64,000 bases of DNA from Antedon mediterranea (Eukaryota; Animalia; Echinodermata), in assembly GCF_964355755.1 (NCBI RefSeq), contig NC_092678.1:25127365-25191364 (forward strand), in the 5' to 3' direction. Shown piece after piece: positions 1 through 13,700 of this stretch. The notes beneath the pieces were generated by a model. The model saw only the letters and a program-made list of their open reading frames with translations. It did no database searches and was not told where the DNA came from. A program made the position numbers and the translations under genes. Position 1 is the first letter of the stretch. Every line of letters starts with the position of its first letter.

Positions 1-170
1 GCTGAAGACCAACTAAGACAGCAACTAGAAGGCATTTGCTGAAGTTCAACTAAGACAGCAACTAGAAGGCGTTTGCTGAAGACCAACTAAGACAGCAACT
101 AGAAGGCGTTTGCTGAAGACCAACTAAGACAGCAACTAGAAGGCGTTTGCTGAAGACCAACTAAGACAGC
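1..170. repeat. 37-bp tandem repeat (GCTGAAGACCAACTAAGACAGCAACTAGAAGGCGTTT), ~4.6 copies, runs off the window start
   Basis: Units start at 1, 38, 75, 112, 149. Confidence 0.95.
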
Positions 171-358
171 ATCGTACAAGGTGGCCGGACAAAATGTCTT
201 GACTTGTCAGTGCTGTCTGAGTTGAATCCCGGTGAGCGTAGTTGGCCTCAATGCTTCATTTATTTATCAGTGTACTTTTTGGCACACAAACAAATTATCA
301 AACCTTAAGAATATTCGATTCTTGCTAATATTCACATAGTGGAACCAGTTTTAAGATA

Positions 359-3300
359 TTATACATGTGTCTCTTTATCTGAATCCTCTTCTTCACTAAT
401 TTTCTGTGTTTTTCCCCGAAGTTTGGTAATAATCTCTGCTATTGTTAGCATAATACCTACTATTAAGTAGTTGGCAGCAGCAAAGAAAAACGATATTTTG
501 TAGTTTCCAATTTTATCATAAAGCGCTCCTGAAATGAAAAAGAAAATGTTGTGTCAATGTATCTTTTAGGAAAAACTACGGTGATGTCTTTTTAATAATA
601 ATTTCTTTCAACTCACTTGGTTTGATTCTTGATGAGATTCTGCCTTTTCAAGATTTTTTGTTCATTGTCCAGTAATTTATGAGTTACGTCATTAACTATT
701 ATTATGGCCGACATCTGTCACGAACAACAATTTCAATTAGTTTTACATTCATCTGAATGATGGATGAAACTAAGACAGGACTGTATAAAGCACCTTGATT
801 GGTCCTATCATTGATCAAGGGCTTCTCTCATCCAGTGCCTAGCTTGTCCAGAAGTGCTTATTTCAAATTCCTGAGACCCCAGCCCCATAAATACTTGCAT
901 TTAATAAATGAGTATTTCCTTACCTACTATGTAACCACCAAATATTGCAGTGAATCCTGAAGGAACAAGACTGATGCCATAAGCTCGAGCAAAGACGCGT
1001 TTTGGAACAAACTCCTTGACAATCGCTGGTATTTGCGGGATGTAGATGCCAAAGAAAAGTCCAGTTATTAACGAGAATGTTAGAAGAGACGGAAAAGATT
1101 GCGATACCGCCACAGCTGACATCGTGCACGTGATGACAAACATGCAGAAGATGAAGAGGTTATATTCTGAAATCCAACCAAAGTATAACGGTATCGCGTT
1201 CGCCACTCGTCCGGCAAGATTCCCAATTCCAAATGCGCCAAAGATTATCGAAGCTTGGAAATCGGTAACGCCTTTATATATTGCACTAGCGATCAGGTGT
1301 ACGTAGAATCCTGAATAACCAACACATATAAAACACGTCGCTACGGTCATTAGTATCAGACGTGGATATTTCTTAAACAATCGTAGATTGTGTAAAATTG
1401 TGTCTCGATCTTCATTATTTGTAATCACATCTATTGAACATTTTTTATCATCTTCTGACATCGGATAGAAGTCTTTACGGAAAATCAGAGTTGCGATAAC
1501 AACGCTGTGTAGAGATACCGCCCCCATTATCAGCAGTGAACCTCTCCATCCGTAATACATTTTTAGTACTGAGCACGCCAATGGTATTATTAGAATTCCG
1601 AGTCCGATTGCCGCAAAAAGAACTCCATTAGCGATGCTGACTGATCTCTTGTAGTTCAAATTCACATATATTACCATTGTTTGAAAACAAATGCAGACTC
1701 CTGCACCTAAAAAGTTTGAAAAATTGTAAAAACTGTTATTCATTTGTGAAAAAGATTATTTATTCCGTCTTTCAGTGCTAAAGGATTGATTTCTAAAGTG
1801 GGTTCAGTAGAACATGTACAATTTAATACAAACATAGAGTATATATAAATAATGAAATCAATTCAAGGTAAAACATACTTAATACTATTACTAATACTAT
1901 TTTGGATTAAATTTTTTTAAGTTGAAAGTGTCATAAATTTATAGTTGCTTTTTGTTGTTCCATAATTTGTGGTTGACCGATATACAAAAGTGCTTTTACC
2001 TTGTGTATTTTTTTTGGTATGATCTCTTTTTATCTGTAAAATGTTAAGTGAATGTTTAAACCTGTATGTTAAAGTTCGCAGAAAATAATTCTGTGCATGT
2101 TTAATCATGCTATAGGATATCTTTGTGTAGCCAGTAATTGCTCCAGCTATTCAAACTTGAGGTTTTATTGCTGTTTACACAGATCATATGCAAACAGTAG
2201 CATTATGACATTACATTCTACAGTATTATCTGGTTTCTTTACACTTAGTCTCAAATTAGTATTTACTTATGTATTGTGTAATATTTGTGATATCAAACGA
2301 GATTGGAAATATATCTTAATATAGGCTTAATCTATTGCTATCCATTGTGCTGGTTTTAATATACCTATCTGTCCTATCTCTATCTAACTAACGCTAACTG
2401 CTGTGTGTTGAACTAAAGCTCAGTCTACACTATCAAACTTTGTGACAACAAATTGTGATGTGCCTATATAATGGACATGATTATGTTATATCACTACCAT
2501 ATGTGGGCATATCACTACCATATTTGGGCACACATCGCATTAGTGTAGATTAGGGTTATGAAACAATTTTGACATAGATTATACAAATATTTATCTATTG
2601 TATATTGACCTTGTTTTTGTCAGGTCCAGGTCAAATTTCATAATGCTACTACCTTCATTGTTTATGTCCAAGTTATTTACCAAATTATTATTTCCTTATG
2701 TCATGCAATTACTGCAGTTTTTATTTAAGCTCTGTCTACACTATCTAGTTTGACAAAAAAAGTATGATGCACCCAAATATGGTAGTGATATGCCCAAATA
2801 TGGTAGGGATATACCCAAATATGGTAGTGATATACCCAAATATGGTAGTGATATGACATCATCATGTCCATATATGGGCACGTCACATTTTTTTGTTACA
2901 TAAAGTTTGTTAGTGTAGACAGAGCTTTAGACAAAAAAAGTCCTGGAAAAGTATTTTGATAAAGTACTGTAGGAAACAATATTTTAGTTATTATTTTATT
3001 TATTTTTTTTAGTAAAGTTACCTGTCATGAGTGAGTGTGAAAAGAATAGGTGCCAGACTTGAGTGACCTGTGAACTGATCATCATTCCTAATGAGTATGA
3101 CAACCCTCCAATCACAACTGTACTTCTGTATCCATACTTTCTGCTCATTGTTGAAGCTAAAGGACCTGATATAAAATACATCATGTTAGCGTTATTCGAA
3201 AAGGAAATACTTCAACCATGGAGGTATTTATACCTCCATGCTTCAACATTTTATTGATCTAGAATCTTACCTAGTGGCATGCTGTTAAGTCTTAGTTTAG

Positions 3301-3907
3301 TCTGCTTAAGCTATGACTCGGGGCAACTTAATACCTAACAGTGCTGTTCCCATGCTTAAGATATGACTTACTTAAGTATCATATTACTTATCTAAGCCAT
3401 TGCTCAGACTACATCTTACCATGATCTTACTTACCTAAAGTGCTGTTAATCCAATGTTTAAGATATGACTTACTTAAGCATCATATTACTTATCTAGTGG
3501 TTTTATTAGTACAATGCTTAAGCTATTACTCAGGCAACATCTTACTTACCTAACGGTGCTGTTAGTCCGATACTTAAGCTATTACTCAGGCAACATCTCA
3601 CTTACCTAACAGTGCTGTAAGTCCTATACTTATGCTATTATTCAGACAACATCTTACTTACCTAACGGTGCTGTTAGTCCGATACTTTAGCTATTATTCA
3701 GACAACATCTTACTTACCTAACAGTGCTGTTAGTCCTATACTTAAGCTATTAGCTATCCCAACCAATCCGGAAGTGGTGTTGAACTCATCCTTGATGGAA
3801 ACTAAGAAGAAGCTGAAACAAGGAATAGCACTTCCAATGGATGTGAGAGCAATGATGTGCATGCCAGCCAAAAGCAAAACCTCCCTACAAGAACATACGC
3901 AAGCCAT
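359..3907 (-). CDS. SLC16/monocarboxylate transporter-like MFS protein, paralog 1 (~428 aa, 4 coding exons)
   Basis: Exons 3907-3718, 3165-3022, 1706-924, 528-359 with GT-AG and three phase-1 introns; frame continuous. MCT-like motifs GPLASTMSRKYGYR, YYGWRGSLLIMGA, GGYIVGALYD; same exon structure as paralogs 2 and 3. Confidence 0.9.
2727..2927. mobile_element. MITE family A (TIR AAGCTCTGTCTACACTATCAAAC, internal 21-bp CCCAAATATGGTAGTGATATG repeats)
   Basis: Terminal inverted repeats flanked by TA. Further full or partial copies at ~2416-2550, 8151-8275, 11348-11467, 22846-23014, 28365-28507, 29420-29559, 30195-30357. Confidence 0.85.
3262..3752. repeat. ~56-bp degenerate tandem repeat that includes the first-coding-exon splice donor of MCT paralog 1
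   Basis: CATCTTACTTACCTAACAGTGCTGTTAGTCC units at 3538, 3594, 3650, 3706, with decayed copies back to ~3262. Confidence 0.85.
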
Positions 3908-5180
3908 TGTGTTTGACGTCACAGGTTCACTAGCACCAAAACCAGTCAACTAACATTCTACAAAGAAATCAATTATCAAGTGTGCGTTCAAGTTTTGTGC
4001 GCATTCGGACGCAACGCACGTATTTTTAACCAATCACAAGGGACGGTCTAATAATCCGTTGTTTCAAGCACTCTGTTCAAATAGGCCTACTTGTAATGAT
4101 AATATCTAAATTTTGTATTTAAGACATGACCACAATGCAAAACAGGTTTTATTTTACCTGATTGTGTAATCCTGTATAAAGATGATGTTAAATAAAATAA
4201 ATAAATAAAAATAATACCTTATATTTACCCTTTAATATTCGTGTTTAATAATACCTGTATCTTGAAAAGGAATATTGCATTACCGTAACACTACTACACT
4301 GCAGAACTTGTCAGACTGGTCGAACAAATTAACTTGTATTGCTGTTGAGTGCACAGCTTTCACAATGCATTGTCACAGCAAAGTCCACATTTTAACAAGG
4401 GTATACACTTGAACAAACATCATCATGATAACTTCCTTCCTCTCACAGCAATAATAAAACGCTCAGCAGTCGATTTCACAATGTTTTATTTAAATGAGAA
4501 AATGCGACTCTTAGCAAAACATACAATGACATTTTTCAAATGGGAAGCCCGAACCGTCAAAAACATTGTCAATACTAAAGCGCTGCATCGTAAGAAACCA
4601 TGAATAATTAATAAACACAGTCTTTCATTCAATTTCGAGTATTACATTGGAGGGTCACGAACAGAGCCCAAGGACCATTGGAGGGTCACGAACAGAGCCC
4701 AAGGACCTATTTATTGTGATTGCCACAAGCCGATGTTGTAAAATTGCACTTATATTAAGGTCAAATAGCATTACAGTATGTACTGGTATCTATAGAAGCA
4801 TATGCTTGTCCAGCATACATACCATTGACTAGAAAATGTGTTAACATAACAACAATAGACCATTTGAATTTTTTAATTTGTTTACATATTTTGTTTTTTA
4901 ATATTAAGTGAAGCTCCGGGTTTTTAAATATCTATTATTAAAAAGACAAACATTAGCAATACCTATTTTTCTTTTAAAAGAAGCTTAGTTATTTTTAATG
5001 TTTTACATCTCTTTTTTAGCAAGCGCGTTTAATTTCTTTGGATTGTTGGAGATAATAAAGTTTTCTTATGTCTTACGACGCTCGTTCTGCTTCTCCGCTT
5101 TTAAGTGGGGAATGTTATCAATTTATTTATTGATTGATTGATTTACTTTATAAACCAGAGTCACAGGGATACATACAATA

Positions 5181-6741
5181 TCTATATATAAATTTACGTA
5201 AGGGCAAAATTCGGTAAATCGCGCCTTACTTCTAGAATTTTTACTCGATGGTATATAAAGTTGGTTCGTACTTTCGGTACTGATTTTAACCACCTGATGT
5301 AACCCTGTTTACTAATTAAATTAAGTTAGATAATTAGTTATTGACGATTAAAACGAATTTAGGTTCAACGATTTGCCCCCAAATAGGGGTGTTTTCCGAT
5401 CGTGGTATACACTGTCTAATGGATGTCCATCTTGAAAAATACCCGCCACAAAAATGCGAGGAGGCTTCGCATTTTCCTATCTCCTCCTACGATAATTGTT
5501 TTTAATAGCTGAAAACCGGTTGAACAGTTCGAGTACAGCATCATAATGTTGAAGACAGGCCGATTTTCTTTAAAAAATACTATTTTGATACATTTAATAT
5601 ACGTTTTTACAAATGTATTGATTTGTGATGAATGGAACATTCCAAATTATTTGGTTTAACAATACAGGTATAGATTTAGATTTATGGGCCCCCTTGGAGA
5701 ATAAACATAAATAGTATTGCAATGCTGTACAATACTGTGTTAAGGTATTAACCACTTTTGATCGCAATTTGAATGGCAAATTTCTTACTGTGAGTGTTGG
5801 TACTGTTAGATGTAATATAAAAATATATACAAATAAACTTTATTACTGTGAGTGTGGGTAGGCCCTACTGTTAGATTATAAACATATAATATACAAATAA
5901 ACATTCCAAATTATTTGGTTTAACCATAGAGGTATAGATTTAGATTTATGGGCCCCCTTGGAGAATAAACATAAATAGTATTGCAATGCTGTACAATACT
6001 GTTAAGGTATTAACCACTTTTGATCCCAATTTGAATCGCAAATTTCTTACTGTGAGTGTTGGTACTGTTAGATGTAATATAAAAATATATACAAATAAAT
6101 TTTATTACTGTGAGTGTGGGTAGGCCCTACTGTTAGATTATAAACATATAATATACAAATAAATAAACGTTATTACTGACAGTTGCTTCTCAACGTTTGT
6201 ATTAATTAATAATTTAAAATTATATAAACGTCGTAGTGGTGTATCGTTACATGTACTTTACTATTTCAATCGACTATGACAGTGAGAGTTTTAACAAAGT
6301 ACCGTATTAAATCGTAAATGTTTTACTGTATTTAGTGGTATATTATTTATAGGCCTATAAAACATTAAAAACAATATTTCGTTACTGAGTGGATAAGAAT
6401 ATATTTTAAAATGTTTCCTCTTTGTACCTATCTTCTTCCCCCATCCCTCAACCCTTAATGTTACATACAAAACACAAATTGGGTTTGTTTAAATGAGTCC
6501 AAATAAAAAAATTTGACTCATATTGTTTCTCTCTCGGAAGTAATTCCCAGGGTGCTAATTTTGGTTGACTACATAAATCATTGTGTATATTTATTCGTTT
6601 CTGTAAACGACAATGTATTATAGTCCTGCGGTACGTACATTTGAAATCTCCATTTTTTTCTCGCTGGAAATACTGTGTATTCGAGAACCATCTGTGGGCA
6701 CGACCTAGATGGTACGCGAGCGAAGCGAGCGTGCCATCTAG
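5181..6741 (+). mobile_element. Non-autonomous Helitron
   Basis: Inserted between A and T; starts TCTATATATA, ends with hairpin CTAGATGGTACGC..GCGTGCCATCTAG and terminal CTAG; internal ~264-bp tandem duplication (5636 and 5900). Confidence 0.85.
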
Positions 6742-6886
6742 TAAACGTAATTAATTGAAAATCAGTACAACAGTAAGATTTGAGTTAAAAGGATATCCCA
6801 AAATTAAAATACTTTAATTCCATTTGGGGTCCAGAACACAGACGAAAAACAAATTTCACAGATAAATAGTAAACATGAATCACAGT

Positions 6887-9365
6887 TTAAACCCGGGAAT
6901 TACCCTTTACTATCTTTTTTTTATTTCTGTATGTTCTGGGTGTGTGAGAGGCATTTACGCTGCTTGTTGTACCGTTGTTGGTCATCTTTGGCGGCGGTTT
7001 GGGATATTGTCTTTTCCATACCAAATCAAACAGTTCTTTTTTACTCATTACCAACAGATTACAATCTTGAGACGCTCCTTGTCTAAGCACTTGCTTAATT
7101 CGATTCCAAATATCATTAACCGTACTAAATTGTTTCTGAATGCATTCGTTAAAAACCTGATGTCGCAAACTTCTGTAAAATGCTAAATCACTTTGAAAAT
7201 CGCCGCCATATTGTGAAATTTTTCTCCATAGTGTTTGATTGAAATGTTTATACAGTAAAACATCGAGGGGATTCCAGGCTTTTATTTTGGTTGCTAAGGA
7301 TTGAGATATTTTTGTTTTATGTGGCCTTCTGTTTTTTGAAATATATAGGATATCATCCCACGACCAACAGAACTGTCTGCGCATGATCACCAACGACTCA
7401 TCGATATATTCGGTGAGGAGCACCATATCAAATTCTCTGTCAAGCGTGTCGATATAGCTTAATGTTATCGTTTTATTTAAGTGAAAGTTGTGATCCAATC
7501 CAAGATCGAACATTTGATTGTTTTTAGCATAATACCAGCGCAAGGCCATCACCCCTTCCCATTTGACATGTCTTAATCTTTCGTGGTATATTTCAGGTTG
7601 TTTTAAGAATTCAAACACTTCTTGTTGTGACGTTTTTGGTATTTCTGTATCTATTTTATCTTTAGTATCTACTTTATCAAATACATCTCGAAAGTGAAAA
7701 TGTGAAAACGCGGATTCGAACTGAGTGATAGGGTTACGTATTATTGTTATGTATTTAGTTCCAGGTTTCATGAACGAATGCATGGCTTTGCGGTTGTATC
7801 TTACATGTACACCAATCAGATTATATTTAAAATTGACGTAATCATCTTTGGGAATACCAATCGGCGGAAGAAATGAGTACCTAGGGCTTCTCTCGTTCAA
7901 CCTAAAGTACACGAGGTGTCCATTCTGTGAACTGTTCTTGTTGAACACGAATGATAAATTATTATGAAATCCGAATCTATTTATTAAGTGTCCTAGTGTT
8001 GTGCTTCCAGTTTTGTGTGTCTTTATAAACGCTACGTTTAGTACTTTGTTTTTACAACTTTTCACGTGACCGTAATCTCTCCAAAATGGTGAAACGGATG
8101 ACGTATTGAAGTAGCGTTCATCTTCTATATTCCTGTGAAAGTGAAATACGGCAGTGATGTGCCCAAATATGGTAGTGATATGCCCAAATATGGTAGTGAT
8201 ATGACATCATCATGTCCATATATGGGCACATCACATTTTTTTGTCTAATAAAGTTTGATAATGTAGACAGAACTTAATTGTAACACATAGGCCTACATAT
8301 AAATGATAGGATGAGAGCAAGAGGATAATCCTAAGTCCTAGAACTTGTTTCCATAGGGGGTCCCCGATGTTGACCTACAAAGGAACGACGAATAGCATTC
8401 GTACGTTAATTACGACAACGATCAGGATGTTCCGGTAGGCCTATACAAGAACAAACATAGGCCTACTAACCGACTGGTACACGCAATGTACGGTGTGTAT
8501 CCATCTTGTATACGCGTTTATACTGTTATGCATTATATAATTTAACTACGCATTAAACTGATAGTTGAATGCGTGATAGATAGGCTCATCCACTTTATTA
8601 ATTAAGTTATTAGTAAAGTAAAATAAAAATGAAATGAATGAAAATGACATCACAGTAAACTAATGATTAATCGTTCGCGTTGTTAGTCAATCTGTCGGTA
8701 GATCAGTCACCCTGTCTGTTGGTCAGTGAATTGTACTTCAATATGTTTTGTTTGTTTTGTTTTGTTTTGTATTTTGTTTGTTTATATTTATTGTTGACGT
8801 GGGTTTGGTTTAGCACATTTTTTGATGACATTTTTTTAAACGTTTGCTTTTCCTCGACAGCCCCGTTCAACTTTGTTTTCGAAAGATTGAAAATAAAATA
8901 ATATAATTACTAGTATCTTACTTGTTAGGCCTATGGCCTTCTTTTACCTCACTCTTGTTGCCCGCAAAGAAAGTATCCATCACCGTCACCATTCCAATTA
9001 AACATAACCCAACTATTAAGTTTATACATATCTGTTAAAAAATGTCCGTATAAGTGTTGAAACATTATTATTTCTCCTCGTTTGTTTCACCAAAAATTGT
9101 CTCTTAATAGGAGTGGGTGTCCCCTAATTAGGGGTATTCAAAGGAGGGGTGTCACTTAATAGGGGTGGGTGTCCCCTAATTAGGGGTATTTAAAGGAGGG
9201 GTGTCACTTTACTAGGGATGTTCCAAAGGAGGAGTTCTACTGTATGTGAAGTTATCTTAAATTATGATTAAAGAAAATTAGGTTATAGAAGAGGCGCGTG
9301 CCCGCTCGGACTATCGGACTCCCTCGATCTGCAACATAACTTACCTTTAACTTCTTTATTCTCAT
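6887..9365 (-). CDS. Galactose-3-O-sulfotransferase (GAL3ST / cerebroside sulfotransferase family), ~458 aa type II membrane protein
   Basis: Exons 9365-9345 (MRIKKLK), 9031-8922 (TM anchor ICINLIVGLCLIGMVTVM), 8132-6887. 5'-PAPS motif FIKTHKTGSTT, 3'-PAPS motif YITIIRNP..FESAF, NNQMFDLG, FDMVLLTEYIDESLV. Confidence 0.92.
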
Positions 9366-10292
9366 CGTGAAAATTTCATATGCGCGCGTAGGCCTAAACC
9401 AAAGCTGGGCGTCAAATACGTGGCCGTTGTTGGGTTTCTTGTAGCCTACCAGGTATTTATCCACAATCAATAATAGTCAATCACGCAACGGCTGGATTCA
9501 CGCCGAATAAATATGACTTTTCAGGTTTTGTTTAATTATCGATTCCATTTGTTTGGGTTAATTAGAGGTAATTATGAGATTAATATTTCCATATACTTAA
9601 TTAAACCATCGACGGACACAACGCAAGAACGAGGTAACACAACGAGGACTTTGGCCAACCACGACGACGCGCGATATTGTCGCTTGTGATTGGTCAACTC
9701 ACTTGCGTTGCGTGTACGCCTTTAGCGTTATGTGGTGTGGTAGGCTAGCATGCACACGTACAAATAAACCACTCCGAATTTTTGTTCGGATAAGGTAAAC
9801 ATTTGTGCTTTGATAAATTGATTTTATTTAAATGAAAAACATTTCATAATACAAGTCGATTACTGTGGAAGATATAACATTTATTTACAAACTAATAAAC
9901 TCTTATTTCGTAATTACTATTTTATACAAACATTTGTATGCTTTTTTTTTACAAATTTAGTATAAAATTCTATCTGTTCATTGTAATATATAGACCTATT
10001 ACAGTAATTATTTGCATAATTTCTGGACGTTCGATTGTCTATGGACAGCCCTAATGTCAAGCACCACAATGTAAACTTTTGTTTCTATCGCCTAACTCAA
10101 ATTAATACTATCTTGAACCTAGGAATCCGACAAAGTTTCCCAGGGTCAGCAAGTTCTCAAAATAGTGATGGGATGTTGAGTATATTTCCCATCATAAGTT
10201 GCGTGCCATGTACGTCTGCCCCCCCCCCCTCCTCCCCACCTCTCCTCCCCAGAAGGATGAGTTCTACTGTATTAAGTGAGTTCTACTGTATT

Positions 10293-10500
10293 AAGTCTTT
10301 CACACGTGTGACGTGTTTCGGTGTTTCGGCAAATCCAATCGAACGTCAATGTTTTGTTTTCACGTGGCTACGCGCATATTGATTGGCGCATAGCGTGAAG
10401 CGTCGTGAAAACGAAACATTGGTGTTCATTTCGCCGGACCGGGACCGGGACCGTGCCGGAACAGGACCGTGCCGCCGGAACGCGTGTGAAAGGCCCTTAA
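10293..10500. mobile_element. Palindromic MITE (CTTTCACACG...CGTGTGAAAG termini)
   Basis: Terminal and internal inverted repeats. Confidence 0.55.
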
Positions 10501-10716
10501 GTCACGCTAAACACAATGTTTGTTACATCTTGTGTGTAGGCTATATAATAATAATACCGAAATGTTAATAATCTTGTATTGTAATCTTGTTCTTTGAACA
10601 CAGCATGCACCACCAGCAGGGAAACCTTTTAACATCATCATGATTACTTTACAGTAGGCCTATTGCGTAATAGCGTCGATCCCATAATGCGTCCGTTTAA
10701 TCTCCTACTAGCCTAC

Positions 10717-13700
10717 TCATACAGCCGTTACTGGTGCGTCTTCTTCATCATTTGTCGGTACCCGTAGTCTTCTGCTTCCAGTAGATTTACTTTTCCAACG
10801 TGTTACAAGCTTTGATACAATGAGCATCGCTACTACAATTATGTAATTTCCGGCCGCAAAGAAGAAAGACAGCGTATAGGTCCCTGAGCTATCGTATATT
10901 GCACCTATAAAGAGAGAAAATGAGGGTTAAATGGAATTACATCAAATATATTTGGCGATTAAATTTAATGTATTTATTTAATTTATTCGACTTCTCACTA
11001 ACTCAGTTAGTGAAGGATCTGGACCAACAGGTGGTAAACACCTCTAAAACGGTCCAGTCCCAATTTGCACAGTGGCTGTGTGTGACAGTGGCTGTGTTTG
11101 TGTGGACTAGTACTCCGGGGTAACCCCTACTCGTATCGAAAGATGTACTAGGTTCTTTAAAGTGCGCATGAGCTATGTGTACACTGGACCTACGGTTTAT
11201 AGTCCTTATCCGAGAAGACTCGTTCTACCACCAGAACCATGGAGCGAGTGAGCCTCGAACCCTTGCCAATGTTATGGCTACGTAATTACGGTTCCACTGT
11301 CTTAACCGCTCGGCCACTCACTCGCTTAAAACAACACATGCGAACAAGTGATGTGCCCATATATGGACATGATGTGATATCACTACCATATTTGGGCATA
11401 CCACCACTGCCATATTTGGGAACATCACATTATTTTTGTCAAACTAGTTTGATAGTGTAGACAGAGCCCTAAAACCACGTTTAACTCACAAATTATTTAG
11501 GAAACAATACGGACAATCACAGCTTATAATGATAAATTAAAGGGATGTGACATATTTATTTAAGAATTGTCTCTGATTAATTAAGTACATCCTTTGAACT
11601 TGACGTTGATGGGTAACTGACTGGCGTTAATGCTTCATTTATTATGTAGGAGTCACAACAAATCAAATTACTTTTGGATCGTCTACTTGAATTATAAAAT
11701 GTTGACAAACTCAAACTGTAGTATCTCTGTGAGTGTAAATGTATTAATTTAATGTGACAGGCTTAGGTCGTATAGACCTACTTATCGACGAAACCAGGTA
11801 ATTTTCACACAATATAGTAGTTTGTAATAATACGCAACGCAATGGACGCAGCGAAATGACGTGTGAGTTGACCAATCACAGTTCGGGTGATCTATCACTT
11901 CGTGATGATTGGTCAGGTTTTCAGCGCGCTTAAGCGTAGTTCCCACAAGAGACGCAACGCAAGGACGTACGCGCAACACACGCGAGTTAACCAAGTGGGA
12001 TCGAACCAAGCTTTACGACGTCCTTACGTAAACCAAGCTTTAAGCTTACCTGCAATATAGCCTCCAAAAATAGCCGTTACTCCAGACGGTACAATGCAGA
12101 TTCCATAAGCGTGATCAAATTTTTCTTTTGGAACAATCAGCCGAGCGATGGAAGGAATCTGGGGAACATACATCCCACAAAATAGTCCAGTCATTGATGC
12201 TACAAACAACATAGCTGGAAAAGTCTGACACAAGCCAAACAAACTCATGCAAATAGACACGACAAATAAACTAAGTATGAAAAGGTTCGTCTCTGATATC
12301 AGTTTGAAATATAATGGTATTGCGTTCGTTAGTCGGCCGAGTAAATTCCCGACGCCGAAGACGCCGAATATTACAGCCGATTCAAAGTCGGTAACACCTC
12401 GGTATTTGACGCTTGCTATCATGTGTACGATGAATCCCGAGGAGCCGACGCAGATGAAACAGAGCGACACGGATAGTACTAACAGGTTGGGATAGTCTTT
12501 GAAAACTAATAGACTACTTCGGAACATCGGCAGCAGACATCTAAATTTCTTTGACGGTTGCTTAGCAACTTCTTTTTCTTTTTTGTCGTCATTATTTTCG
12601 GGTTTACCATTCTCATCGCACGGTGATGCTTCTCCGTTGGTATCATCGTCTGCTACCGTTGCTATTGACATCGGAGTGCGCGCATCATCATTCTCTTCGT
12701 CGTCATATTTCTCCTTGTCCTCATCGTCATCTTTCTGTGGCAACGCGTCAAATTGCTCCATATACGGGTTGAATGACCTGCGGAATATCAGCACTGAAAT
12801 GACGACAGAATGTAGAGATATTGCGCCTATTATACGTATAGCAGCCTTCCAACCAAACCAGTAATCGAACAGGGAGCAGAGAAGCGGGATGACGAGCATA
12901 CCCAGACCAAGGGCTGAGAACAGAACACCGTTACCGATATTGTTTGATTTCTTTAAGTTCATACCGACGAAAAATACCATAGTCTGAAATGTTATACACA
13001 CACCGCCACCTGGAAATACACAAGAAAAATAATAACAATTTATGGCTTTTCACACAAAAAGGGTGTTTTAAGTTGAGTTTTACGAAGAGAATACCGTTTT
13101 CTCTAGCAGCAGTTGAAACAGACACAAGTTGAATCAAATTGGTTGTTTGTGGCTACACCTATGTTATAGAACAATCATGGAAATTGTCTTCGGGTTTTTT
13201 AGTGTTTTTTTATTGTGGTGGTGTACACCACTTTTATCATAGTATTTCGACATCGTCATCATTGTTTGTTCCACAATATATCTTTTTGCATACCGTACAT
13301 ACGTTACACTTTTTTATTTTATAGTGTCCATGTTTGTCTAATATTATTACTTGTAATCTTGTACTTTTCTTATGATATTGAAATTGATTTTGAAAAAATA
13401 AATGAATGCCTATAATAATTTGTGACGTAACTAACCCGTTAACAAAGAGTGTGTGAAAAATATCTGCCACACTTCGGTGACGTAAGAACTTAGAATAAGA
13501 CCGACGGAACATGACGTGGCTCCCGCCAGGATCGTCAACCGATATCCGTATCGTCTGTTCATAATCGTCGCGACTGGCGCTGAAAAAAAAAATATCATTC
13601 ATTGATAATTGATAAAAAAAACTGAAAACTTTTTTATTGAGATATCATTAAGCGTGGTTCCCACTAGGACGCAACGCAATGACGTAGACGCAACGCATGC

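Noticed and set aside
901-1743. ORF-track start and stop positions for the MCT, GAL3ST and NISCH ORFs
   Set aside because: They run into introns; splice-site-based boundaries were used instead
4645-4708. 31-bp direct duplication CATTGGAGGGTCACGAACAGAGCCCAAGGAC
   Set aside because: Only two copies with no other structure; an ordinary local duplication
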